Of a stretch of DNA of 64,000 bases, positions 50,305 to 59,037 are shown piece by piece. Every line of letters starts with the position of its first letter. The stretch's first letter is position 1. Origin of the DNA: Sedimentisphaerales bacterium (GTDB lineage Bacteria > Planctomycetota > Phycisphaerae > Sedimentisphaerales > SM23-30). Position numbers and translations under genes: made by a program. Below the pieces are notes generated by a model. That model ran no database searches, was not told the DNA's origin, and saw only the letters and a program-made list of their open reading frames with translations. The stretch is taken from positions 965,473 through 1,029,472 of the forward strand of contig OY759675.1 in the NCBI GenBank assembly GCA_963662515.1. The letters are read 5' to 3'.

Positions 50305-51774
50305 ATGAGCAGGATCAACACTAATGTGACTGCGCTAATAAGTACGCGCATTTTGAACAACAACAATGATCAGTTAAATCTTTCGCTGGAACGACTCAGT
50401 ACTGGTGTAAGGATCAATCGCGGAGCAGATGACCCTGCCGGGTTGATCGCTTCTGAGAATCTCAGAAAGCAGATAAAAGGTACTGAGACAGCATTGTCAA
50501 ATGCTGAGCGGGCGATAAATATTATCGGTACCGCTGAAGGTGCCCTCAGTGAGGTCAGTGATATGCTGGTCGAATTGCAGGGATTACTGCTTCAGTCGGC
50601 TAATACCGGTGGAATGAGTGAAGAAGAAATTGCCGCTAACCAGCTACAGGCTGACTCCATTCTTAACACTATCGATCGCATAGCCAATTCTACCGAATTT
50701 GAGGGTATTAAGCTCCTTAATGGTAACTATGACTATACTGTCAGTGGTGGAAATATTACCACTTTTACCAGTGCTATTAACGACCTTAAGGTTAATGGTG
50801 CCAAGCTCATTGATGGGGCGGCTATGAATGTCTCTGTGTCGGTGACTACTTCGGCTCAGACTGGTAAGGCATATCTCTCTGGAGCTGTTTCGGGCGTACT
50901 TACCATCAAGATAGGTTCTAATCGAGGCAGTACTGAGCTTACTTTTGCCAGTGGTACATCAGTAGCAAATGTTGCAACCAGTATTAATGCTGTCAAAGAG
51001 GTTACAGGTGTTTCTGCTACTGTAAGTGCTAATAATGTGTCAGTCAAGCTCAATAGTGTTGACTTTGGCAGTGAGGCTTATGTAAGCGTCGAGAGACTTA
51101 CTGTTCCAGCTAATGGCATGAGAATATTGGCTTCCGATGCAACCACCGGCCTTAAGACTGGCGGTGCTCTTACCGAAACCAGAGATGCTGGTGTGGATGC
51201 TGTTGCTACGATCAATGGTACGCAGGCCGTCGCCAGCGGTAAGAGAATATCGATCAAGACCGCGATGGTTGATCTGGAGATGGCACTGACTAATGATCGG
51301 GCGACAAGATTAGGTAGCAGCTCTTTCAGTATAACCGGCGGTGGAGGCGACTTTGCTATTGGCAGTGTGGTTGATGCTATCGGTTTAGAGGCGGTAGGTA
51401 TTTACAGTGTATCTTCTTCTTCGCTTGGAACCACAGATGATGGAAGATTGAGCACATTAAAGACCGGTGGGGCAAACAGCCTTAGTTCTAAAAACCTTTA
51501 TACCGCTCAACGAATTGTCAGCCAGTCGATTAAAGATATTTCCTCGCTTCGCGGAAGACTTGGTTCATTCCAGAAAAACACACTTGATAAGACCATAAAT
51601 TCGCTGACTGTAACCAAGGAAAACCTCTTTGCCGCTGAGTCTGCTATCAGAGATACAGACTTCGCCACTGAGACTTCAGCTCTGACCAGAAGTCAGATAT
51701 TGGTACAGTCTGCTACTAATGTTCTGTCGCAGGCTAATGTCTCTCCGCAGAATGTATTGCAACTGCTGGGGTAA
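50305..51774 (+). CDS. fliC: flagellin
   Basis: Conserved N-terminus MSRINTNVTAL...LERLSTGVRINRGADDPAGL and C-terminus ...ILVQSATNVLSQANVSPQNVLQLLG. Variable Ser/Thr/Gly-rich centre. Confidence 0.9.
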   Translation: MSRINTNVTALISTRILNNNNDQLNLSLERLSTGVRINRGADDPAGLIASENLRKQIKGTETALSNAERAINIIGTAEGALSEVSDMLVELQGLLLQSANTGGMSEEEIAANQLQADSILNTIDRIANSTEFEGIKLLNGNYDYTVSGGNITTFTSAINDLKVNGAKLIDGAAMNVSVSVTTSAQTGKAYLSGAVSGVLTIKIGSNRGSTELTFASGTSVANVATSINAVKEVTGVSATVSANNVSVKLNSVDFGSEAYVSVERLTVPANGMRILASDATTGLKTGGALTETRDAGVDAVATINGTQAVASGKRISIKTAMVDLEMALTNDRATRLGSSSFSITGGGGDFAIGSVVDAIGLEAVGIYSVSSSSLGTTDDGRLSTLKTGGANSLSSKNLYTAQRIVSQSIKDISSLRGRLGSFQKNTLDKTINSLTVTKENLFAAESAIRDTDFATETSALTRSQILVQSATNVLSQANVSPQNVLQLLG

Positions 51775-51814
51775 TGACCAGAAGGTTTTTATCTCATATT
51801 ACTGAATTTTTCCC

Positions 51815-51847
51815 AGGCCATCTGCTCTCAGCAGGTGGCCTTTTTTG
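51815..51847 (+). terminator. rho-independent terminator of fliC
   Basis: AGGCCATCTGC / GCAGGTGGCCT stem followed by TTTTTT. Confidence 0.75.
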
Positions 51848-51941
51848 TTGAAATATAGTCTGATACAGGCTAAACTGGCTTGCTGCTTTCCATGGCTGCC
51901 AGAGTTGGTAACTATGTGTTAGTAGCAATAGAAAAGAGGAA

Positions 51942-52721
51942 ATGATGCTTGATATTATTCGCAATAAGAAAGCCTTTATCTGTGATATGGACGGCGTGAT
52001 CTATCATGGCAGCAAACTGCTTGATGGTGTAGCGGAGTTTCTTAACTGGATCAAGGTTAATGATAAAAAGTTCCTCTTTCTGACCAATAGTTCTGAGCGG
52101 TCACCTCGTCAGTTGCATCAGAAATTGCTCGATATGGGACTCGATGTCAGCGAAAACTGCTTTATGACCAGTGCGATCGCCACAGCTTTGTTTATCAGCC
52201 AGCAGATGCCGGGGGCAAGGGTATATGCTATTGCCGCTCATGGTCTTTCTGAGGCTCTGCTGGAATGTGGCTGTGTGCTTACAGATAAGAACCCGGATTA
52301 TGTCGTATTGGGTGAGACTAAAGAGTATAACTACGATAAGCTGGAGAAGGCGATCAGGCTCGTATTGGGTGGTGCCCGGCTTATCGGCACGAATCCTGAT
52401 GCCAGTGGGCCAGGCGAAGGCGGCATAGTTCCGGCATGTAAATCGCTTATGGCTCCCATCGAACTGGCAACAGGCCGACAGGCATACTATATTGGTAAGC
52501 CCAATCCGCTGATAATGCGTAATTCACTCAAAAAGCTCGATGCCCAGAGAGAAGACACTGCGATTATTGGCGACAGAATGGACACCGACATAATCGCCGG
52601 CATAGAGTCTGAAATTACTACAGTGCTGGTGCTAAGTGGTATTACCAAAAGAGAAGAAGTAGATAATTTCCCCTATCGGCCATCAATAATCCTCAACGGC
52701 GTAGGTGATATTGCAATGTAG
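51942..52721 (+). CDS. HAD-IIA family hydrolase (NagD-like sugar-phosphate phosphatase)
   Basis: Motif I ICDMDGVIY, motif II LTNSS, motif IV IGDRMDTDI. Confidence 0.8.
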   Translation: MMLDIIRNKKAFICDMDGVIYHGSKLLDGVAEFLNWIKVNDKKFLFLTNSSERSPRQLHQKLLDMGLDVSENCFMTSAIATALFISQQMPGARVYAIAAHGLSEALLECGCVLTDKNPDYVVLGETKEYNYDKLEKAIRLVLGGARLIGTNPDASGPGEGGIVPACKSLMAPIELATGRQAYYIGKPNPLIMRNSLKKLDAQREDTAIIGDRMDTDIIAGIESEITTVLVLSGITKREEVDNFPYRPSIILNGVGDIAM

Positions 52722-52751
52722 CACAAGCATCCTTGCTTGTGATTTTGTTTC
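52722..52751 (+). terminator. rho-independent terminator
   Basis: CACAAGCA-TCCT-TGCTTGTG followed by ATTTTGTTT, directly after the TAG stop. Confidence 0.7.
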
Positions 52752-52892
52752 ATTCATTCAAAATATACAATTTTTCTGGTGCTTTTGTCGTACTACATTT
52801 GTATTAGTCAAAGTGAATGCAGATTTGAGCATTTTTAACCTCAAGTCCCGAAGCTAGTTCGGGATTTCGGTGTACATCAACCGCTTGAGCTA

Positions 52893-55403
52893 TTACGACA
52901 TGCTAACCGGGTCAACATCAATCACGACCCGGCATTGGGCGTTCTCTATCGCCCCAGTACGCAACGCTCCCAGCATTTGCTGGATCGGCCCGGCGGTGGC
53001 GCATTTTATTATTATTTCAGCCCGGTGGTATTTTTCCAGCCGGGCTATGGCCGCGGGCATTGGCCCACGCAGCTCCAGTTTGCCGTCCAGTTGCTCGTTG
53101 ATCTTATCAAGTATCAGCCGCATTTTCTTTGCTTCTTCCTCCAGCGTTTCCAGCAGCGGGTCAGACATTATTATTCGGGCCATACGCCAGTAGGGCGGCA
53201 TTTGCAACTGCTTGCGTAACTGCATTTCCAGTTTGGCAAATCCATTAAAATCATGCTTACAGGCAAATTCTATCGCCGGTTCTTCGGGCATAAAGGTCTG
53301 CAATACTACCCGGCCACTGGCATCGGCCCGCCCACAGCGACCGGCTACCTGGCTTATAAGCTGAAATGTGCGTTCACTACTGCGATAATCGGGTATAGCC
53401 AGCGCAGTATCAGCATTTAATATGCCAACCAGTGCGACATTTGGAAAGTCCAGGCCCTTGGCGATCATCTGGGTGCCGATAAGTACATCAATTTCGCCGC
53501 GGCCAAATTGGTTGAGCACTTTACGATAATCGTCAGGCTTCATAGAGTCGCTGTCAACTCGCTGGATCCGCATGTCTTTGAGCATAGTGATAAGCTGGTC
53601 TTCGGCTTGCTGAGTGCCCGGGCTCAGCATAACAAGCTGTTTGCGGCATACCGGGCAGCAATCGGGCACTTTACATGAGTGCAGGCAATGATGGCACATC
53701 AGCATTTTGCCAGTGACACTTTCAGCACTGCGGCGGCGATGCACTTTAAGCGAGACATCGCAGTTGGGGCAATTGACTACATATTGACAAGAAGGGCAGA
53801 ATAATACATTGCTATGGCCACGCCGGTTCAAAAACAAGATCGCCTGCCGTCCGGCCTTAATACAGTTTTTTAGCTCCTTTTCCAGCAATTCACTTAAAAG
53901 GTTGTCTTTCCGACCTTTTTTATATTCATCTTTAAGGTTCACCACCGTTATTTTTGGCAGTGGCAGATCCTTAACCCGGCGGGGCAGGGTAACATATTTA
54001 AACTCTGGTCGTTTCTGGCAGTTGGTCAGTGTCTCAAGGCTGGGCGTAGCTGAGCCGAGAATGATAGATATATTTGCGTTATGTGCCCTCTTAATAGCTA
54101 CATCACGGCCATGGTAGCGGGGGGACTGGTCCTGTTTATAGCTGCCTTCATGCTCTTCATCAACTACTATCAGGCCCAGGTTTGGTACAGGGGCAAAGAT
54201 CGCTGATCTGGCACCAACGATAACATTTGCCCGTCCTTCGGCTATTTGTCGCCATTGCTGATGACGACGAACCTGGGTCATGCCAGAATGTAGTACTGAC
54301 ACACTGCCGAACCGTTCTATGAACCGTCGTTCTGTCTGAGGGGTAAGGGCTATTTCCGGCACCATTACAATAGCCTGCTGACCTCTTTCAACTACCTTCT
54401 GGATACATTCCATATATACTTCAGTTTTGCCTGAACCGGTAACGCCATGCAGCAGTACTGCATTAAAACCACCTTGAGCGATAAGGTCATTTATTGTTTC
54501 TGATGCCTTTAGCTGGTCGTTATTAAGCTGGAAGGACGGTATGCTCTCAGCAGGCAGTTCATCGTTACAGTCAAAATCAAAGATCGGGCTTGAGTCATAT
54601 TCGCTGTTTTGCGGATTGAATGGACTTGGCTCTTTATCCTGCTCTTCCTGCTCTTCCTGCTCAAGTAAGGCCAGAAGCTCATCGGATGGCATCTCTCGCT
54701 TACTGATAAATTCCAGCAGCCCGGCTTTGGCCAGGGTACGCAGCACCGGCTTGCTACAGTTGGCACTATTGCAAACTGTCAGCAATTTATAAAGATATTC
54801 GCTATCGTCATTATCGGCGGCTGTTCTCCGGTTATGCAGCTCGCGAATGATTTCTAATGCACGCTGGCCTTTAGCCGATATTTTCAGCTTCTTTTCAGAG
54901 CCTTCTTCTCTGAGTTCGATAGTTTCATTATTGAGCCAGGGCAGTAATTTAGCAGTAGGGCGCAGGTATTGTACCAACACTGACCCGGCCTGTTTTTTTA
55001 CCGCCGCCGGTACTATCGCTGAAAGCACCATACCCAGCGGATAGCAGTAATATTGCGAGATCCAGCGGGCAAGGTTCAGCAGTTCCTCAGTGATCAGTGG
55101 CTGTTCATCAACGAGGCCACCAATATACTTGAGTTTGTCAAACTGACTGGTGTTCGGGAATTCGACACAAAAAGCTATTTGCGGGCGATTACCCCGGCCA
55201 AATGGAACATTAACTCGCTGGCCGGCAAAAACAAAATCAACCATATCTTCCGGGATCGCATAGTCATAGAGACTGTCGCCGCCGTCAATGCGAGCCACTC
55301 TGACTATCTTTGCCTGACTGGCGTCAACACTCAGGCCATGGCGATTTCCCTGCGGCTCTATTGGCCCGAACAAGCCCTGCTCCGTTTTAGGTTTATAGCT
55401 CAA
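52893..55403 (-). CDS. priA: primosomal protein N' (replication restart helicase PriA)
   Basis: Walker A GVTGSGKTEVY. DEEH box. Cys-rich zinc region CPSCQ..CPNC...CHHC..CPVC. Apparent TTG start overlapping the psd stop (TTGA). Confidence 0.9.
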   Translation of the reverse strand: MSYKPKTEQGLFGPIEPQGNRHGLSVDASQAKIVRVARIDGGDSLYDYAIPEDMVDFVFAGQRVNVPFGRGNRPQIAFCVEFPNTSQFDKLKYIGGLVDEQPLITEELLNLARWISQYYCYPLGMVLSAIVPAAVKKQAGSVLVQYLRPTAKLLPWLNNETIELREEGSEKKLKISAKGQRALEIIRELHNRRTAADNDDSEYLYKLLTVCNSANCSKPVLRTLAKAGLLEFISKREMPSDELLALLEQEEQEEQDKEPSPFNPQNSEYDSSPIFDFDCNDELPAESIPSFQLNNDQLKASETINDLIAQGGFNAVLLHGVTGSGKTEVYMECIQKVVERGQQAIVMVPEIALTPQTERRFIERFGSVSVLHSGMTQVRRHQQWRQIAEGRANVIVGARSAIFAPVPNLGLIVVDEEHEGSYKQDQSPRYHGRDVAIKRAHNANISIILGSATPSLETLTNCQKRPEFKYVTLPRRVKDLPLPKITVVNLKDEYKKGRKDNLLSELLEKELKNCIKAGRQAILFLNRRGHSNVLFCPSCQYVVNCPNCDVSLKVHRRRSAESVTGKMLMCHHCLHSCKVPDCCPVCRKQLVMLSPGTQQAEDQLITMLKDMRIQRVDSDSMKPDDYRKVLNQFGRGEIDVLIGTQMIAKGLDFPNVALVGILNADTALAIPDYRSSERTFQLISQVAGRCGRADASGRVVLQTFMPEEPAIEFACKHDFNGFAKLEMQLRKQLQMPPYWRMARIIMSDPLLETLEEEAKKMRLILDKINEQLDGKLELRGPMPAAIARLEKYHRAEIIIKCATAGPIQQMLGALRTGAIENAQCRVVIDVDPVSMS

Positions 55404-56059
55404 TACTTCACCATAACGGTTTCGCCGGCTTTGACTTTATCGCCCGGCTTTACTGTTATCTGAGCTTTGCTATTGCGAGGAATGAAAAGCTCAGTACGAG
55501 AGCCAAATTTTATCATGCCATATCGCTCACCGGCGAGAAGCTCACTTCCTTCCTGACAATCGCAGACTATTCGCCGGGCTATCGCTCCGGTTATCTGCTT
55601 TACTACCACTTTGCTTACCGGGTGGTCAGGACATTCCATGCCTATGGAGCAGGACTGATTCTTCTGGCTGGCCAGTTCACTTTTGAGAGCATTAAGACAA
55701 AGACCGGGTTTCTCAAATTTCCAGGTGACGCGACCGGCACAAGGTACGCGGTTGATATGCACATTAAATACGCTTAAAAATATGCCTATTCGGGTTACCG
55801 GGCCGCCAAAATATTCATGGTCGTCAAGCTCAGTTATATCGGTTACTTTACCATCGGCCGGCGAGACCAGCACATTCTTATCTGAAGGTACTTTTCGTGT
55901 CGGGTCGCGGAAAAATGCCAGTAAGGCTACGCCGATTATCAGTATTGAACATACCGGCATAACCGCATTATCGCAGATTATAGCCGCTAATGCCGCAGCT
56001 GCTACGATTATCGCTATTATAACTGTTGTTTGTGGTTTGCCATATTGTGTAAGTTTCAT
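55400..56059 (-). CDS. psd: phosphatidylserine decarboxylase (short form)
   Basis: N-terminal TM helices. C-terminal self-cleavage-type motif KFGSRTELF. AAGGGA RBS. Confidence 0.85.
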   Translation of the reverse strand: MKLTQYGKPQTTVIIAIIVAAAALAAIICDNAVMPVCSILIIGVALLAFFRDPTRKVPSDKNVLVSPADGKVTDITELDDHEYFGGPVTRIGIFLSVFNVHINRVPCAGRVTWKFEKPGLCLNALKSELASQKNQSCSIGMECPDHPVSKVVVKQITGAIARRIVCDCQEGSELLAGERYGMIKFGSRTELFIPRNSKAQITVKPGDKVKAGETVMVKY

Positions 56060-56080
56060 TTATTTTCCCTTTGATATGTA

Positions 56081-56614
56081 TTATTTTCCGAACTTATTAA
56101 AGAATGCCCGCTTTTCAAAGGGCAGTTTTGCTGGTTGGTGATGTTCTTCAGCTGGAACTCCTATTGGTAGCAGGATCCTGATTGCTTTATTGTCGGGTAT
56201 GCATAGTAGTTTCCCGATCGTATCGCAGTTATTGTTAACCCTCAGCCAGCCGTCAATCCAGACACTTGCATAGCCCAGAGCGGTTATTGCCAGCAGCATA
56301 TTTTCTACTGCTGCTGCACAATCTTCCACCTGAAAGGCAAATCCTTCATAAACAGCTTCTGGATTGCGGTCAATAACACAGGCTATATAGGCTTTAGCTG
56401 TCTGCATTGCCTTGTTGCCGGGGTGGAGTTTCTGTATTTGCTCCAGCAGTTCCGGGTTATCGACAATTACAAAGCCAGTTGTCTGGGCATTTTTACCCGA
56501 TGGGGCAGCCAGAGCTGCCTCTACTATTTTTACCAGATCGTCCCTTTTAACTGATGCTGAGGTAAATGTGCCGCGATAACTATGTCTTTTTTTTATAACT
56601 TCAAATATTTCCAT
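56081..56614 (-). CDS. nitroreductase family protein
   Basis: IKKRHSYRG N-terminal FMN-binding motif and APSGKNAQ. 177 aa. Confidence 0.8.
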   Translation of the reverse strand: MEIFEVIKKRHSYRGTFTSASVKRDDLVKIVEAALAAPSGKNAQTTGFVIVDNPELLEQIQKLHPGNKAMQTAKAYIACVIDRNPEAVYEGFAFQVEDCAAAVENMLLAITALGYASVWIDGWLRVNNNCDTIGKLLCIPDNKAIRILLPIGVPAEEHHQPAKLPFEKRAFFNKFGK

Positions 56615-56750
56615 TATTTATGACTCGCTTTCATTTGTATGTTCAAACCAATACTATAATTTACAATAAGCATTTGAGTCAAGTATAATCGAATTGACAG
56701 ATATATTAATTAAAGCGAGTCTTTATGTTTTATTTTAGGGTTGTTTTTAT

Positions 56751-56778
56751 TTGATTTATGAGGTTATATGGCTATAAT
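56751..56778 (+). promoter_or_regulatory. candidate sigma70-like promoter for tRNA-Leu
   Basis: TTGATT (56751-56756), 16 nt spacer, TATAAT (56773-56778), about 55 nt upstream of the tRNA. Confidence 0.4.
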
Positions 56779-56834
56779 CCCCTTTCCCGGATAAATTGTC
56801 TGTTTTCTACTGGCGGTTTATATCGAAGTATTTT

Positions 56835-56916
56835 GCGGGCGTGGCGGAATTGGCAGACGCGCCAGATTTAGGTTCTGGTATCGAAAGGTGTGGAGGTTCG
56901 ACTCCTCTCGCCCGCA
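56835..56916 (+). tRNA. tRNA-Leu (anticodon UAG), long variable arm, CCA not encoded
   Basis: Acceptor stem GCGGGCG / CGCCCGC plus discriminator A. Anticodon stem-loop CCAGA-TTTAGGT-TCTGG. Long variable arm. T-arm with GGTTCGACTCC. Confidence 0.85.
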
Positions 56917-57096
56917 TTTCTTTTGGTCTTTTATTTTCTGTTATCATAAACGGTCAAATACCGGTTGTTGCATTTTTGGCAGTGTAAGTAGTTGTTCCCA
57001 GAGATCAAACTGTGTGAGCGGTTACAAATTGTATCGCGATGATGAGTTTAAAATGCGATTTGTATCCTAACTAATTCTGTTGAAATTGGTTATGGC

Positions 57097-57627
57097 TTAG
57101 AAATCCAGGAAAAGCGAATTTGAGTAGAGTATGGGCGGTTTTTCGCTGTCTGTAGTACTGGGGCAGATCATTATCGCGCATTTATGTTTTCCAGGCTCTA
57201 TAGAATTTATGATCTCGCGACTCAGATTAAAGGTGAAATCTTTATGTTGGAACTGAAGTGTATCGTTAAGCAGATGAAATAACTTGTTGCCAACCTGCAT
57301 ATAACAGTTATATTCCTCATACTTTTGGAGCCATTGGGAATTGCAGAAATTTATACTGCAAAGGTAGAGATCTTGCTGGGAATTATTGAGAGAGCTGCCT
57401 GATGGTTCGCACAAAAAAACAACTGATGGGCGATTATCGGGCCAGAAAAGGGTAGCAAAGGTCAGGGCGATCAGAAGGATGCATATTGCTATCTCTTTGA
57501 TCGAATTGCGAGTCAGGATGCAAATATGTCTGATGTAATCTGGCAAATTATATATCTCCGCTTGTCTGTTTATGCTTATTTCGGCTATTGACATATCAAC
57601 TATTGGTAAAATAAACTTTTGGAACAT
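57097..57627 (-). CDS. hypothetical protein with one internal hydrophobic helix; orphan
   Basis: 176-aa ORF in a visibly AT-rich stretch next to the tRNA. No recognisable motif. Confidence 0.35.
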   Translation of the reverse strand: MFQKFILPIVDMSIAEISINRQAEIYNLPDYIRHICILTRNSIKEIAICILLIALTFATLFWPDNRPSVVFLCEPSGSSLNNSQQDLYLCSINFCNSQWLQKYEEYNCYMQVGNKLFHLLNDTLQFQHKDFTFNLSREIINSIEPGKHKCAIMICPSTTDSEKPPILYSNSLFLDF

Positions 57628-57721
57628 AGTAATTAAAAGCTATTACTATGACTTGTGTAAGTCTATTTTTTATAAGTTCTTATATTTAAGTTTCTAGTCA
57701 GGTTAAGCAGTTTGGATGCTT

Positions 57722-57760
57722 GAAGGTCACTTAAAGGTCTGGTTATAGGTCTATGTTGCC
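57722..57760. repeat. three phased direct repeats AAGGTCA / AAGGTCT / TAGGTCT (repeat locus E)
   Basis: GGTCA at 57725, GGTCT at 57736, GGTCT at 57748 (spacing 11 and 12 nt), in a divergent intergenic region. Confidence 0.55.
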
Positions 57761-57900
57761 ATGTATGTGTAGTGTTATGCTAAGGCTTTTCTTTTGACCA
57801 TGCCGGTATGTTGGCATATAATTTTCCAGGTAGCCGGTGTTTACGAAGCTGGCTATCTGGCAGCTCAGGCAAAAATAACTCAGATTTTGAAAAGGAACAC

Positions 57901-58650
57901 ATGGCAGGAAAAATTGATGCAGTACTGTTCGACTTTGGCGGTACACTGGACTTTGATGGTGTGGACTGGTTCACCAGGTTTTATGACTATGTTGTCGCCC
58001 ATAATGGCGGCTGCGAACCTCATAAGCTCAATTTCTTTACTGCTATGAAGCAGGCAGCTATGCAAATGTCTGATATGAATGACATTATGAGCCTTAACAT
58101 AGATCAGACGGTACTTCGCTGGATAGAGACTACCCATGCTGTAATTGCCACAGAAAAGGGCAATGATTCTGGCAATTGGGATCCTATGGAGGTTGCGGCT
58201 GATTTTCTGGCTGATTCACATAAAATAATTGAGAGAAATCATGCTGTTTTATCGGAGTTAGCCAGAGAGTATCGGCTTGGGTGTATAAGCAATAATTGGG
58301 GTAATATTGCCGGCTGGTGCTCTCAGGTGAACTATGACAGTTTTTTTGAAGTTATGGTTGATTCTGCCCGGGAGAATTCAATTAAACCTGACCCGGTGAT
58401 ATTCCAGGTTGCATTGCAAAAGATGGGGCTTGATCCGGCCAGAACGGTTTATGTTGGTGATCGCTATGATGCAGATGTTATTGGCTCAAGTGGTGTTGGT
58501 ATGAAGCCTTTGTGGATAACAGGTGGTACTGAGACGATTGAAAATGATATTGTTTTTATGGACTACGGTCTGAGACAATGGCACTATGTTGTCAAGCCGG
58601 CTAAAATAAGGAGTCTGACAGATGTACTTCAAATTTCAGAACTTTTCTAA
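57901..58650 (+). CDS. HAD-IA family hydrolase
   Basis: Motif I AVLFDFGGTL, ISN (motif II region), motif IV VGDRYDADV. AAAGGA RBS before ATG 57901. Confidence 0.75.
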   Translation: MAGKIDAVLFDFGGTLDFDGVDWFTRFYDYVVAHNGGCEPHKLNFFTAMKQAAMQMSDMNDIMSLNIDQTVLRWIETTHAVIATEKGNDSGNWDPMEVAADFLADSHKIIERNHAVLSELAREYRLGCISNNWGNIAGWCSQVNYDSFFEVMVDSARENSIKPDPVIFQVALQKMGLDPARTVYVGDRYDADVIGSSGVGMKPLWITGGTETIENDIVFMDYGLRQWHYVVKPAKIRSLTDVLQISELF

Positions 58651-58918
58651 TTATAATAATTTCAATATAGGCTCTCCGTTTTCGATGGCCGCAAAACCAT
58701 TGCTGACATTAGGTGTAATTCTGATAGTGCTTGGATTATTGATAACGAAATTTCCGGAAGCTTTTGCCGGACTTATTGCTTTTATTTTGTATTTTTTAGC
58801 GGCAGTGTGTATATATATATCTATTAAAATATGGCGAGCTGGCCGTATGTTTAAAGCTCCGCCGCCGGCAGATAATAATGCCGATTCGGTGAAGGTTGAT
58901 GTAAAGATAATAGAGTAG
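58622..58918 (+). CDS. hypothetical small membrane protein (two TM helices)
   Basis: AAGGAG lies 8 nt before ATG 58622. Overlaps the end of the HAD gene by 29 nt in another frame. Confidence 0.5.
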   Translation: MYFKFQNFSNYNNFNIGSPFSMAAKPLLTLGVILIVLGLLITKFPEAFAGLIAFILYFLAAVCIYISIKIWRAGRMFKAPPPADNNADSVKVDVKIIE

Positions 58919-59037
58919 CTATTATCGACAAAATGCCATTTCAGGGGGTTTTAGGGCTCTCTAATCAGACAGGAGGTCTGATATAATGGTGATAAATAAA
59001 GCAGGGTGAAAGCCCGTAAATTCAAGGAAGAATTATA

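Noticed and set aside
54638-54662. Tandem 9-bp repeat CCTGCTCTT x2.7 inside priA.
   Set aside because: It simply encodes the EQEEQEEQ part of a low-complexity acidic linker (aa ~240-290) in frame. It is not an independent element, at most a slippage-prone site.
55400-55403. The unusual TTG start for priA overlapping the psd stop (TTGA), as a possible annotation problem or frameshift.
   Set aside because: The reading frame is continuous with PriA homology from ~residue 30 onward and there is no in-frame ATG before the conserved region. Alternative starts with 4-nt overlaps are common in operons. Kept as is, with the start flagged as uncertain.
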